Origin: a virus
Strand: one strand, 5' to 3'
DNA: 64,000 nucleotides
IMG/VR virus record: IMGVR_UViG_3300025652_000047
Coordinates: 14,948-78,947 of that record
Part shown: positions 34,488-46,400 of the stretch, in pieces
Layout: each line of letters opens with the position of its first letter
Numbering within the stretch: position 1 is the stretch's first letter
The notes under the pieces: generated by a model
What the model saw: only the letters and a program-made list of their open reading frames with translations
What the model was told of the DNA's origin: nothing
Databases searched by the model: none
Position numbers and translations under genes: made by a program

Positions 34488-35933
34488 ATGACACAATTTA
34501 AAAGAAATAATAAGCTTGACATGGAAGAAATTCTGGTTGCAAAGCCACAAGCTTTTTCAAAAAACACTCCTGTATTAGGAGCTAGTAACATGAACCTAGT
34601 AGATGGACAATTTGGTGTAGCATCTGCAGATTTTTATGGTACAGTTACTGCAAATACATTTTTAGCAGGTGGTGAGACAGCATCAAATGTTAGAGCTATT
34701 AGAGTAATTCAGGGTACACCTGCAAGTTCTAATTTAGCATTAGCGGATGCATGGCAAGTATCTGATCCTGCGTATGTAGCATCAGATGATATACACAAAG
34801 ATAATGTAAGATCTCTTACTTTAACTAAGCCTAGGACAGCAGTATATTCTGCAACTGCGGTTGTTGATTTTCCTGCACCTTTAGACAATTCTGATTATGG
34901 AATTATAGTAGAGATGGACTCTAATCAAATAGAGAAAACTCATGGGTTCAATACTAAATCAGCAATAAGCAAAATACTTAGCCCTGATTTTACAGATTTA
35001 GGTACAGTTAGTCCTAAAGATTATGTACTTCAGAATTTACTTTACAAACTTAACCTTAAGTCTTTTACTTTCACAGGAGAGAACGGAGATTCAAAAGGTA
35101 AAGATCCGTTTGTAGCTTTAGCTATCAATGCAGTAGGTGGAGCAGGTACTCCAATAGGTGCAATAGTAGTAGGAGATGTAGTACCATTTATGACATACCA
35201 AGGTATCACATCTAGTGTTACAATTACTCCAGAGATGGTAGCAGGTTTAGCAAAATTACTTAAGTTACAAGCTGCAGCAGTAACTGCAGGAGATGCAACT
35301 GAAGCAATTGTAGCTGCATCTACAATAGAGGTAATTGACCTTACTACTGCAGGAGCAGCAGCTAAAGTAGATGGCTTTATTGTTTTAGGTGAGAGAGATT
35401 CAATTCCATTAGGAGTGAATACTAATCCAAATTATACAGTAGATGTTACAGTTAATTTAACTGATGCATTTAGAGTATCTGAAGGATTTAGCCAAACAAA
35501 GTCTTACAGTGAAGAGTCTAAAAACATGAATTGGTCTTTAGCTAATAGACGTAGATCACAAAGAATGAATCATAATCTATATGTAGAAACTGATTATCCT
35601 TCATTCAATGTAGTAGAAGGTTTTAATTATGTTGGAGAAAATACTCCATATACTTCTGCTATTTTAGATTACTTTGATTACGAGGAAACTTTAACTAGAG
35701 AGGAGCATAATCCTAAGCAATTAGTTATGCTTATGCCAGCAGTTATGGATGTAACAGAAACAGTTACTACTGTACTAGCAGCTTATACTTCTGATACTGA
35801 TAATTTATTTTCAGTAATTGCAGTTAGTGCAGACGGTGCTACTTCAAATGTACCATTTGTAACTGATTACAATGCAGTATTTGTACCTTGGGTAGCAAGT
35901 ACTGATGCAGTAATTGTAGGTACTCTTTCTTAA
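34488..35933 (+). CDS. Structural protein (possible auxiliary capsid protein)
   Basis: 481 aa, Ala/Val/Thr-rich; follows the ring protein and precedes a terminator. Confidence 0.6.
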   Translation: MTQFKRNNKLDMEEILVAKPQAFSKNTPVLGASNMNLVDGQFGVASADFYGTVTANTFLAGGETASNVRAIRVIQGTPASSNLALADAWQVSDPAYVASDDIHKDNVRSLTLTKPRTAVYSATAVVDFPAPLDNSDYGIIVEMDSNQIEKTHGFNTKSAISKILSPDFTDLGTVSPKDYVLQNLLYKLNLKSFTFTGENGDSKGKDPFVALAINAVGGAGTPIGAIVVGDVVPFMTYQGITSSVTITPEMVAGLAKLLKLQAAAVTAGDATEAIVAASTIEVIDLTTAGAAAKVDGFIVLGERDSIPLGVNTNPNYTVDVTVNLTDAFRVSEGFSQTKSYSEESKNMNWSLANRRRSQRMNHNLYVETDYPSFNVVEGFNYVGENTPYTSAILDYFDYEETLTREEHNPKQLVMLMPAVMDVTETVTTVLAAYTSDTDNLFSVIAVSADGATSNVPFVTDYNAVFVPWVASTDAVIVGTLS

Positions 35934-35948
35934 TATTTACAAATATAT

Positions 35949-35990
35949 AATGCAAACTTTTCCTAGTAATGGGAGAGGTTTGCATTTTTT
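35949..35990 (+). terminator. Intrinsic terminator
   Basis: AATGCAAACTTTTCC...GGGAGAGGTTTGCATT followed by a T-run. Confidence 0.75.
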
Positions 35991-36003
35991 AATATAATAT
36001 CCC

Positions 36004-36633
36004 ATGGACATTAAAAAAACATTTATAAAAGTATTTAATTCTAAAGATACTATTTTTGGGAGATCAGATGCTAGAGAATCTAAAAGTATAAGTGGAGGAT
36101 TAGCTAACTATAATAAAAGTTTTATAAGTTTAGTATCTAAAGCGTTAGAATATTTGGGAAATACTGAAGGAAATTCCCTATGCGATGCAATTAAAAATTG
36201 CACTCCAGATATAGACATTATAACTTCATTTGAACTCCAAAATAATACTTACAATCTTGGGGATTTTAAAGACCAAGTATTACGAATTAGAAATATAGGA
36301 GATGATCCTACAAAAGGACTTATTACAGTATTTATGTCTGATATAGCTGGATTTACAATTACTTTTGACCAGACTCAAACAACTGCTTCCGTAGTTTTAG
36401 GATCAAAAGATGTAAATAATAATGACTGGATAGCAATACCTATGGTAGGTGGAATAGCATATCAGAGTATAGTATCTATACCAGGAAACGGAGAAAGTAA
36501 AATTGGAATAATTACAGAAGCAACTCAAGCAGGTGTAAGTTCAACTATGGAGATTATTATACAGAATGGATCTGGAGGAGAAACTAATTACACTAATAAC
36601 TCAGACACTAAACTTCTTTCGGTTTCAGCATAA
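36004..36633 (+). CDS. Putative virion decoration/head-fibre protein with a DUF11-like domain
   Basis: N-terminal module shared with the next gene; C-terminal GSGGETNYTNN. Confidence 0.6.
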   Translation: MDIKKTFIKVFNSKDTIFGRSDARESKSISGGLANYNKSFISLVSKALEYLGNTEGNSLCDAIKNCTPDIDIITSFELQNNTYNLGDFKDQVLRIRNIGDDPTKGLITVFMSDIAGFTITFDQTQTTASVVLGSKDVNNNDWIAIPMVGGIAYQSIVSIPGNGESKIGIITEATQAGVSSTMEIIIQNGSGGETNYTNNSDTKLLSVSA

Positions 36634-36709
36634 AAATATAATAATGGATATTAAAAAAACATTTATAAAAGTATTTAATTCTAAAGATACTATTTTTGGG
36701 AGATCAGAT
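36004..36709 (+). repeat. 66-bp direct repeat (36004-36069 and 36644-36709)
   Basis: One mismatch; encodes the identical MDIKKTFIKVFNSKDTIFGRSD. Confidence 0.85.
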
Positions 36710-38878
36710 TCTGCTGGATCATCTAAAGTAATAGGTGGATTAGCTAACTACAATCGTAAATTTGTAGATTTAGTAGCAATGGCTGCTGCAGAACTCAATA
36801 TAGCAAATGTAGGAGGATCTGTTATTTCAGGAGTTACAGAAGTTCCTGATTTCAATGCAAGTACATACCCAGAAGGTACAGTAGTGCAAGGAGATAGTAT
36901 AGGAGCATTTATTTCTGATGGTATCCAGTGGGTAACACTTCAATCATCTCAAAAAAAAGTTATTGAAATACCTAATACTGAATTTGCTATTGTTAGTAAT
37001 CCTACTATATCAGAAGTGAGAACTTGGGTTGATGCAAATTTGACTGATTTACAGAAAGTAAACAGTGAACTCTATATGATAGAAGCTTTGCAAGACTTTT
37101 CTACTGAAGATGTATATACTGGGGTAACTTTCTTTACTCCAGGATTAAGTGGGGTAGCTGATATTAATATTACATCAATGGATATTGATGGCGTTAATTA
37201 TCCAATAAGCTCTTCATATAAAACTGGAGGTGTATATGACCAAGACGTAGTACAACTTTTAATAGATATAAATACAGCTACAGCAAGTGCAGGCTTAGTA
37301 TTTGATACTATAACTGTAGGTGGACCACACCAAACTGGGGATAATTTTATTATGCCTCTTAATTTAGTTTCAGGTAATTCTGAATCTATTAATATAAGTA
37401 TTAACTTTGATAATATAGCAACTCTTGGTCCTGAAACTATAGATTATGAGCTTGTATATACTATTACAACATTAGGTTCAACTCCAGATGAACCAGATTA
37501 TATTTGGAGTATTGTTCAAGATGAAATCTTACAAAAGTTTAGAAGACAAAATGATGGTGCAATTTGGTACATAGATCCTTCAATAGCAGTAGGGAGAGAA
37601 GTTTATGGACAAAAAGGTAACCCTGATAGACCTTTAAGAGTATTTGATCATATACAAGCTAATGCTAATTTAGTAGACAATGATACAGTATTATTTAGAG
37701 CAGGAAATTACACAACTACTAACGCAACTGCAATTGTCAAAGGTAATGTATATTATAAATTTGAACCAGGTGCAATAGTAGGAGGGTCTGCTGTTGGTAC
37801 AAAGATTATTACTGCTCCTGACGGTGAATTTTTAAATATTACAGGATATTTAGATACTCAAATGTACGTAGAATCTGATGGAGTAGGGGAAGTATCGGTT
37901 ACTGCAAAAGCACTTGGAAATCTAATTATAACAAATGGAACTGTATCTAAAGTACATATGGATGTAGACCACATTGAAGGTCAAAATACATCTAGTTCAT
38001 TTTTAAGTTTTTATACCCCTAATGATATAGGAGCAGTAGTAGCAAATATAAAAACATTACGTAGTAATTTTCTTACTGATAGTTTTCCAAATAATTGTGA
38101 TTATAACGTAAATATAGGTAGGATATTATTCGATGGTTATAATGGTCCTCAACTTTTTCCTATTTATCAAGTAGATGGATTAAATGCAAATATAAATATA
38201 GGATCCGTTATAGTAAATGGAGATAGTTTACCAAGTAATGCACTTATTGGTAAAGCCATAGGGGGGTCAGGGCATTACCTTACCAATTCCACTGTTAATA
38301 TAACAGTTGATTATTTTAAAGCTATAACCGCACCTTCAAGTGAATTTAATACTTCAAGTTTAGTAAATCTAAATTCCCTCCTTACTTTTACAAATAGCAA
38401 TATTACTTTAGATATAAAATCAGGAGTTACAGCCTATCAATTATACAAAGGAGGTGCAAATGATACAGTTACTGATGCTTGGACTAATTCAAATATTACT
38501 TACAAAGGCAATTTAGAATTACTTGGGTTATTTGATCCACTACAACAATTTATGGTTATGGATTCTACTTCATACATAGCTTTAGAAGGTAAATTTACAA
38601 CTCCTGCTGCCAACTTACTTAGGTTATCTAGAATAACATCTGCAGGCACAATTTTTATAAGAGATGCAAAATTGCAATCTGAAAAAGAAGCTATTGAAGT
38701 TACAAGTCCAGATTCTATAATAATAACTAACAGTACAATTATTACAGATGGTACAGTAGATATAATAAATACTACTAATGATGTAGTATCAGATAGTGTA
38801 GTTACAAATACACTTGTAACAGGAGGTTATTCTGTAGTAGGTACTGCACCAGTCAGAAATGCAGCTTTTAGAATATAA
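36644..38878 (+). CDS. Fibre/spike protein with a probable beta-helix C-terminal region
   Basis: True start likely 36644; GNPDRPL and DTVLFRAGNY beta-helix entry motifs; Asn/Ile/Thr-rich. Confidence 0.65.
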   Translation: MDIKKTFIKVFNSKDTIFGRSDSAGSSKVIGGLANYNRKFVDLVAMAAAELNIANVGGSVISGVTEVPDFNASTYPEGTVVQGDSIGAFISDGIQWVTLQSSQKKVIEIPNTEFAIVSNPTISEVRTWVDANLTDLQKVNSELYMIEALQDFSTEDVYTGVTFFTPGLSGVADINITSMDIDGVNYPISSSYKTGGVYDQDVVQLLIDINTATASAGLVFDTITVGGPHQTGDNFIMPLNLVSGNSESINISINFDNIATLGPETIDYELVYTITTLGSTPDEPDYIWSIVQDEILQKFRRQNDGAIWYIDPSIAVGREVYGQKGNPDRPLRVFDHIQANANLVDNDTVLFRAGNYTTTNATAIVKGNVYYKFEPGAIVGGSAVGTKIITAPDGEFLNITGYLDTQMYVESDGVGEVSVTAKALGNLIITNGTVSKVHMDVDHIEGQNTSSSFLSFYTPNDIGAVVANIKTLRSNFLTDSFPNNCDYNVNIGRILFDGYNGPQLFPIYQVDGLNANINIGSVIVNGDSLPSNALIGKAIGGSGHYLTNSTVNITVDYFKAITAPSSEFNTSSLVNLNSLLTFTNSNITLDIKSGVTAYQLYKGGANDTVTDAWTNSNITYKGNLELLGLFDPLQQFMVMDSTSYIALEGKFTTPAANLLRLSRITSAGTIFIRDAKLQSEKEAIEVTSPDSIIITNSTIITDGTVDIINTTNDVVSDSVVTNTLVTGGYSVVGTAPVRNAAFRI

Positions 38879-38915
38879 ATTTTCAATTAATACACAACAT
38901 TTAAAATAAAAAATT

Positions 38916-39137
38916 ATGGGTAAGTATAACGATTTAACAATAATGGATCAGATAAAAGGATGGAGATATAGTTTATTATATGTAGCTGCATTCTTAGTTA
39001 TGTTAGCATATTTCTATATATTTGATAACACAGAAGAAGTATCTAATTCAGATACTGTAATGATAGCAGTTCCATACATTGTCATAGGAGCAATTGCAGG
39101 GGTAGTACATTGGAAAAAGCTATTAGGAACTAAGTAA
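38916..39137 (+). CDS. 2-TM membrane protein (holin-like candidate)
   Basis: Two hydrophobic helices and a basic C-terminus. Confidence 0.55.
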   Translation: MGKYNDLTIMDQIKGWRYSLLYVAAFLVMLAYFYIFDNTEEVSNSDTVMIAVPYIVIGAIAGVVHWKKLLGTK

Positions 39138-39156
39138 CATAATAAATATATAAACA

Positions 39157-39519
39157 ATGGGAATTTTGAAAATAGCACTAGTTATAGTAGCAATAGTATA
39201 TTGGATTATATATACTGCAAAAGTAGATGCTGGACATATTTTAGAAGGGGAAGGTATTAAAGACCATACTCCTAGAACAATACAAAGAATCTGTGTTGGA
39301 GTACTAGTTGCTTGTATTCATCCTTTCCTTGGTTTAATTACAGCTCTTTTGTTTTGGGCGTTATTTGATACTATATTAAATTATTTAAGAGGACTCCCAC
39401 TTTCATATATAGGTAATACTGCAAAAACAGATATATTTTTTACTAATCATAAATATACTTACTGGGCATTAAAAGGACTTGCTTTATTTTGGTCATTAAT
39501 TCTAATAACATATATATAA
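39157..39519 (+). CDS. Multi-TM membrane protein
   Basis: FWALFDTILNYLRG...YIGNTAKTD; 3-4 hydrophobic segments. Confidence 0.6.
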   Translation: MGILKIALVIVAIVYWIIYTAKVDAGHILEGEGIKDHTPRTIQRICVGVLVACIHPFLGLITALLFWALFDTILNYLRGLPLSYIGNTAKTDIFFTNHKYTYWALKGLALFWSLILITYI

Positions 39520-39520
39520 T

Positions 39521-41767
39521 ATGAACACAACTTTTAATTGTTATAACAGTGTAATCATAGAAAACCCTGATTCTAACCCTTACTATGGGATATTTTCAGG
39601 CTTTGACTATGTTAATATGTCTGCATATGGTGGGGATAGTTATACTGTAGTAACATCAAACCAAGATATTATTGATGCTTTTGCAGCATTAGGTATACCA
39701 GTCAAACTAAATGGCTACGAGATAGTTATATTAGATACTACTTATAGTGCTGTAAATCTAACTTCTTCAAAGAATCCTGAAATAAAATTTACAGATGCAT
39801 TAAGTGTAGATACTTGTATTACTACAGAGACTAGGTTTAACTTAGCATTTTATGGAGGAGATTCTATAGAGTTTTTATATTCCATAGAAGAAATAAAAAC
39901 TAGATTAGAATTTTTAACTCAAGTAGATGTTACAGTAACAACATGTGGAGCTATTTTTGATAAGTATCCTGGATCTGTTCAAGATATTATAATAGATAGT
40001 GACCCTACAGCAACATATACCATAAGTACGGTAGCTACTTCAATTGATTTTGGAATACATAATGCTATAGATTTAACTCCATATGGAGGCACTATAATAG
40101 GTGTAACTACAGAAGCACAGGTTATAACAGCTTTTGCAGCATTAGGAATTACAATAACTTTTGATGATACTGCACCTATATTGGTAGAGTACACAGGAGC
40201 TGTATACCCTATAGAATTATGCTTAATAGATACTTTTGAAATAACAGGTTTTAACTTTGATAAAGTTAATTTTCCTGTAGAATACGGAGGTACACAAGTA
40301 CTTAATTCACCTGCTGCTATACAGAGTTATTTAGCAACTAATTATTCAACATCTACTACGTTTGTAAATAACCCTACAGGTTATACTTACACTGTAGTTA
40401 CTCCAGTATGTACAGAGATAGCAAATATAACTACAGATATATTCAATGTTGTTTCCGCTAATCCTGATATATATGAGTTTTGTATAGAACAAAATACATC
40501 TTTTTCTACTAATATATTGGGTAATGATTCAATGGTAGATGGTGAAGAAGTAATTAAAATAAATGGACAAAGTGTTGTAACAGGTACTTCTGTTAATATT
40601 GCTGCTGGATTAGATATAATTTACGAAGGTAATGGAGATATTCAAATAGTAGGTTCAAATGATTACGTATCTAATTTAACAGACACAGTTACTTATACAA
40701 TAAGAAACAATGATAATCAAGAGGCTGGGTCTTTTATTCAGTTTTGCTTTGCAGATACTCCAGTAGTTAATCCTGATGCAGTTACAATGACTTGTAATAC
40801 GCCATCAGCGTTACTTACAGTATTAGCAAATGACTTTACTGCATACAATAACCTAACTATAACACATATAAATAATATACAAATAGGAGTACAAACTAGT
40901 ATTAACTTAGAACCTGGGTTAGATATTACAAGTATAGATACTGCAGTAGGCTTTATAATTACACCTAGCGATGATTACCAAGGTTCTGGTAGTATATCTT
41001 ATACAGTAACAAATGGAGCCTTTACAGCTACTGGGTACGTAGAGTATGTAGTAAGTGATTGTGATCCATGTGTTACAAACAATTTAACATTTCCAGTGAC
41101 AGCAGATTGTGCTGAATTATGCTGGAGTTCATTATTAAATTCACTATCTCCAGTTGCTAATTTTATACTACAATTCTTAGATAGTTCTGGGAACCCAGTA
41201 GAAAATGCAAATGGAGACATAATAAAAGTTGCAAATGGTACATTCTATGATTCGAGTAGTACTTTGCCTATTGACACTTGTATACCTTTTAAAGCAGGAG
41301 ACTATTCAGTAGAAATAATAGATTCTGATTTAGGTAGTAATTTACTATGTCCTTCATTGGATTTTACTATGTTGCCAGTAACTTGTGATGGAAACCCTTG
41401 TACATTTAGTTATAATGGACCAGGTGGAGTAGCTTCTAGTTTACAATTTAATGTAGAAGTAGGTCCTACAGCTACTATAACAATAGTAGATTTTGAACCT
41501 TATAGTCAGCCAGATGGAATAGTAATAGAGTATAATGGCAGTGTTATATATCATACAGGATTATCTGCAACAATGCCATATATAAGTGATGCAATAACTA
41601 GTTTTGTATGTAGTGGAATAATTTATACTTCACAAATAGTTCCTGATCCTGTTAATGTAGACATATCAGTACCATACATACCAGGAGTAGAAACTGCTTT
41701 AGTAAGTATTTATGGAAAACCATGTACAACTACAGGTTGGAATCTAACAATTAAATGTACCGCATAA
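39521..41767 (+). CDS. Multi-domain Ig/cadherin-like (Big_9-like) virion protein
   Basis: ILGND and VLAND motifs, YT strands, internal AFAALGI repeats, C-terminal YSQPD...W..C domain. Confidence 0.65.
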   Translation: MNTTFNCYNSVIIENPDSNPYYGIFSGFDYVNMSAYGGDSYTVVTSNQDIIDAFAALGIPVKLNGYEIVILDTTYSAVNLTSSKNPEIKFTDALSVDTCITTETRFNLAFYGGDSIEFLYSIEEIKTRLEFLTQVDVTVTTCGAIFDKYPGSVQDIIIDSDPTATYTISTVATSIDFGIHNAIDLTPYGGTIIGVTTEAQVITAFAALGITITFDDTAPILVEYTGAVYPIELCLIDTFEITGFNFDKVNFPVEYGGTQVLNSPAAIQSYLATNYSTSTTFVNNPTGYTYTVVTPVCTEIANITTDIFNVVSANPDIYEFCIEQNTSFSTNILGNDSMVDGEEVIKINGQSVVTGTSVNIAAGLDIIYEGNGDIQIVGSNDYVSNLTDTVTYTIRNNDNQEAGSFIQFCFADTPVVNPDAVTMTCNTPSALLTVLANDFTAYNNLTITHINNIQIGVQTSINLEPGLDITSIDTAVGFIITPSDDYQGSGSISYTVTNGAFTATGYVEYVVSDCDPCVTNNLTFPVTADCAELCWSSLLNSLSPVANFILQFLDSSGNPVENANGDIIKVANGTFYDSSSTLPIDTCIPFKAGDYSVEIIDSDLGSNLLCPSLDFTMLPVTCDGNPCTFSYNGPGGVASSLQFNVEVGPTATITIVDFEPYSQPDGIVIEYNGSVIYHTGLSATMPYISDAITSFVCSGIIYTSQIVPDPVNVDISVPYIPGVETALVSIYGKPCTTTGWNLTIKCTA

Positions 41768-43260
41768 TGATATCATATAACACTAATTATATTAATATAG
41801 TAAATGATTATATTCCTCAAGTTTTTAACTCTAAGGATTTACTAAAATTATCTGTAGAGGGTAAAAAGAACTGTTGTACAGATTTAGAATCTATAGAGTT
41901 TGATTTACAATATGATCCATCTTGTATATTTACTGCAAGTTATCAGAATTATCAAGAGCAATCTACATGTACCCCTACAGGAAGTAAAAATCCAGAGGAT
42001 TGCTTACCTAATCCAATTGCATCTTACTATAAGAATGTATCGGAGTTATATATTTTGTTAGGAGGTAAGTCTACTAATATACTTGATAGAGTATATGATA
42101 TGACTTTAGAAGCTGATATTACACTATTACAGGAAGATATTATTGCTTATTTTACAGCTAACAATATAAAAGCCGTAGTAGAAGTTAATATCACTACTAA
42201 CAGTACAGGATATCTAAAAACAGAAATACTTATATCTAATTTACCTACTAATGTAAAGTTTGAAAGCTTTATATTAGCAAATGATGAGACTTGTTATGTT
42301 AACATAGTTGCAGTATGTGACTTTGGTATTGCATGTGCAGTATCTCAATATGAGTTACCTAATAATGCTTATATATATTCTATAGTAACAGATGATACTG
42401 AATTAATATTATCATCTACTGTAGGGAAGTTTGCGACAGAAGAAGAGTTACAAGTACTTACTGATTTAATGGCTAATCTCAATTACAATATTGAGTTTTC
42501 ATTTGATGATACTAATTTTATAGTAAGTACATTAGATAATCCAATTAACTATATTAAGTATAAAGTAGGAGCTGGGGAATTTACTTCTTTTAGTACATGT
42601 ATAACATATGAAGAAGAGCTACCTAAATGTGTATACTCTACAAAGATACCAAAAGGAAATACAGTTAATTCTGTGTTAGTATATAATGAAGACGAAAGTT
42701 TTACTTCTTCTTTATTTGTAGGATCAATAGATTTAACTACGGATACTTATGAAAATGATTTATACCAAAGTTTCTTACCTTCTAACAGTACTATAACAGT
42801 TGAAGAAGACTCTATAACTATAGAGATTACAGATGGAACATATATTCCTTATTCTATAATAGTAGATGATGTAGTATATTACTTTGCTTGTAACTCGTTA
42901 GAATATTTTCAAAATAACTATGACTCCGACTCAATAGAGTTTACAGGTAATGGGCTCAACTTAAAGTCTGAGTATTTAGGAGGATATACTTCAGGAGTAT
43001 ACAACGTAAAGCTTACAGTTGAGACACAAGAGCAGATAATATCAGAAAGCTATTGTTTGTTTGTTGATTTAGACCTCAAGTGTAAAATAGCAAAGCTTAC
43101 AGACTTAGATGAGCTAAGAGAAGCTATATTTTTATATGAAGCTTTAAATAGCATACAAGACTGTGCAGATTGTGAATGTGAAAATGCTTGTATTTTATAC
43201 CAAGAACTATACAATATTCTTTCAAGAAACAATATAACAAGTGAAAACTGTAACTGCTAA
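41767..43260 (+). CDS. Cys-rich tail hub-like protein
   Basis: Start 41767 (TAATG coupling); helical C-terminus with CADCECENAC...CNC. Confidence 0.55.
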   Translation: MISYNTNYINIVNDYIPQVFNSKDLLKLSVEGKKNCCTDLESIEFDLQYDPSCIFTASYQNYQEQSTCTPTGSKNPEDCLPNPIASYYKNVSELYILLGGKSTNILDRVYDMTLEADITLLQEDIIAYFTANNIKAVVEVNITTNSTGYLKTEILISNLPTNVKFESFILANDETCYVNIVAVCDFGIACAVSQYELPNNAYIYSIVTDDTELILSSTVGKFATEEELQVLTDLMANLNYNIEFSFDDTNFIVSTLDNPINYIKYKVGAGEFTSFSTCITYEEELPKCVYSTKIPKGNTVNSVLVYNEDESFTSSLFVGSIDLTTDTYENDLYQSFLPSNSTITVEEDSITIEITDGTYIPYSIIVDDVVYYFACNSLEYFQNNYDSDSIEFTGNGLNLKSEYLGGYTSGVYNVKLTVETQEQIISESYCLFVDLDLKCKIAKLTDLDELREAIFLYEALNSIQDCADCECENACILYQELYNILSRNNITSENCNC

Positions 43261-43486
43261 TATAATAGATAGTAAAGTAAATGCAATAAAGGCTGCTAAG
43301 TTCCTTATGGACTGTGGTTACGATGATAGTGAGTATATAGACAATTGGTTAAAAAATTCTGAATGTCCAGAACTTGCTTGTAAGATCATACTAGTAGATC
43401 CTTTATGTTCTACAACTTCAAAAAGTTGTATTACAATAAAGAATAAAATTAAAGTAACAGAAAAATCAAAGATTTGTAATGATTAA
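43241..43486 (+). CDS. Small Cys-rich structural protein
   Basis: 81 aa, GTG start, overlaps both neighbours. Confidence 0.55.
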   Translation: MKTVTANIIDSKVNAIKAAKFLMDCGYDDSEYIDNWLKNSECPELACKIILVDPLCSTTSKSCITIKNKIKVTEKSKICND

Positions 43487-46400
43487 GATAACAAAAGAAT
43501 TTACTTTAGAAAATGTAGTGGGAGAATTCACATATGAGTGGGTACTCCCTGATTGCATTACTCTAATTTCTAGTGTAGTAGTAGATACTACAATAACAGC
43601 AACTTTTGATTTCTGCGATAATAACTGCTTATTAGATTCTAATCTAATAGGCTTAACTATTAAAAGTAGTGATGGATGTATAACAGAAATAGAAAGCATC
43701 TTTAATAACGTCTGTAAGGACTTTGCATTTACACAAGGAGGTATAGTCCCACTAGAAGACTGTGACGGCTGTACAATAGCTTATAAAGCACCTGTCAACG
43801 ATATTAATGGAGTTTATAACTGGACTTATGATGAAGATATCTTTACAGCATCATTATTGGGTAATAGAATATACTTAACGTATAAAGACAATATAGAAGT
43901 TACAGTTACTTCTACTCCATTATCAGTAGTAGTAAATAATGAATATGGATGTACATTAGAAGACACCCTACCTTTACCTATATGTTCATATGAAAGTTTA
44001 AAGTTTGACTTTGAACTAGTATGTTCAGGAGATAGAGATGGTAACTTTGCATATGTAACTCCAAAATTAACACCTTTAAATAGTCCTTGTGGTTTAGAAC
44101 TAGATTATAGAACTACTACAATATTGTCTGTATTAAATATAGACTCTTCGTACCTTACTTTAAGTACAGGAGCTGATTATGTTAAAGTTATATTAGATGG
44201 AATAAGCCCTAATAGTACTATAGTAGTAGAGTTACAAACAAAAGATTGTACAGGATTCCCTTACATATATACTTTATGTTTAGCACCTAGACCTTGTTCT
44301 GATGTTCCTAACATAAATAACTTTGAACATACTTTTGGGTGTGAAGAATGTGCAGATACAACTAAATTTAGACCCGTAAACTCTAGTAGAGAGGAAGATT
44401 GCAGCTCTAATTTAAGTATCAACTTAGAAGATTTAATAGAGGGAGATATAGACTGGTCTACATTTACGTTTGTACCTAGAACAGGACAAACATTAAACGG
44501 ATCTACTTCTCTTACTACACCACATGGTGACGCTAATTTAGATATAAACAGAAATGTATTATTTACATATACTGGAGGATTAGTTAATACTGAAGTAGTT
44601 GAATATAGAATAGAAATAAACGGAGTAGAAACCTTTGGAGTATTAAACTTTAAAGGAACCAGATGTGGAGATACTCCAGTAGCAATAGATTTAGAAGTTT
44701 GTGTACTATCAGATAGCCAAACAGACTATATTGATATAACCGCAAATGATTCTGGAGATATAGCAGAGCTTATAATTGTAGAATATCCTCAAGTACAGAC
44801 TTTAGTAAATGGATTTAATGTTAAGTTCATTCCTAATGGGTATATTGGGACAACTGTATTGAAATATAGAGTAAAGAGTTCTACAGGTGTAGAGTCAAAT
44901 ATAGCTAGAGTTGCTATTACTTCAATAAATGCAGATATAACTACTACAGATTTATCAGTATGTCTAGGAGATATACTCGATCTTAATACTTTAGTAGATG
45001 ATAATACTGGAATGCCTTGGTCATTTGTAGGGTTTACTACAGAAGTATCAGATATTCCAGGAGATTTAGATAGTTCTACGTTCAGCGTAGGAGATGTTAT
45101 AAGTAATCCTGCAATTACATTATCAGAAGCAGGTATTTTTACTTTCCAATATGGTGAAATAGGTACATGTAATGCATATACTACAGTCAATGTAGAAGTA
45201 ATAGATGATAATGCACAAGTAGATTTAACTGTTGCAGTATGTAATAGTACTGCAGATTCTTATAATCTCAATGAGTTAACTAATTTAACTGATGGTACAT
45301 GGACTGATTTAAATCAAACTAATGTATTAGACGTAGATGGAGTTACAGTATACTCTACAATACCAACAGGAGCCTATATGTTTAGGTATAATAAAGTAAG
45401 TACAGGTATATATAATACAACAACTTGTAACAATACTTTTATATTAACTTTAGATATGCAATCAGAACTAGAAGACGTTGCTCCTATTTGTTTAAGCTAT
45501 TGTTCTTATGGTCCAAATCCTGAATTAGATTTAGATTGTAAAACCAATCCTATAGTACTTAATTCAGAACCTACTACAGGATGTGAATATGATTTATATG
45601 AGCAAGTAGGGTTACCTACAGGTAGTAAAATACAGCTATTAAATGCACCATTTACACCTATATATTTACATATTAATGGTATGGATCTACTGTTAACAAC
45701 AGGGTCTTTCTTACCAGAAGGGCAAGCTATATGGGCTAACGGAGATGCACCTTTAGGTACATATGTATTTAGGGCTTTCTACGGAGATGCTTGTACAAAA
45801 GAAGTTGATTTTGAAGTAAACATATATGCTGCATCTTGTCAGTTAGAAAGTGATACTATTACAAAATGTAACTCTGATAATGCATTCAATATATTCACTG
45901 AATTAACAGGAAGTTCTAGTTGTTTAGATAATAATATAACAGGATTAACACTAATATCTGAAAACCTAACAGGTACAGGTACAGTTGATTACAATTTAAC
46001 AACAGGAGACTTTACTCCAGGAGCACCAGGACAATGGGTGTTTGGATTTACTTCTACAGTAATTGGAACTGATGGTACTTGCTCTGCATGTAATGTAGAT
46101 GCTACTATAACAGTAATAGTTACTCCAATACCAGGACCAGGAGTTCCGCAACCAGGTACAGTCTGTAATGATGGTACTTGTGTAGTAGATGTATACCCTG
46201 ACATGTTTATAGCTAATCAAACTATATTAGGTACATTCTGCTTTGACGGATTTGCAACAACTCCATCAGGAACTCCTATAGCAGGAGGATGGGGAGGTAT
46301 AGAGCCTACATTATTACCTGGAGATATATCAGGTCCTGCATATACTTTTGAAGGAGCACTAGAAGGTTTCTATTTCTTTAGTAATAAAGTAGAAGATGCC

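Noticed and set aside
36566-36643. Track start for the 770-aa ORF (likewise 17842, 41755, 46804, 49163)
   Set aside because: Downstream ATGs (36644, 17875, 41767, 46825, 49229) have A-rich initiation regions or stop-start coupling and avoid long overlaps.
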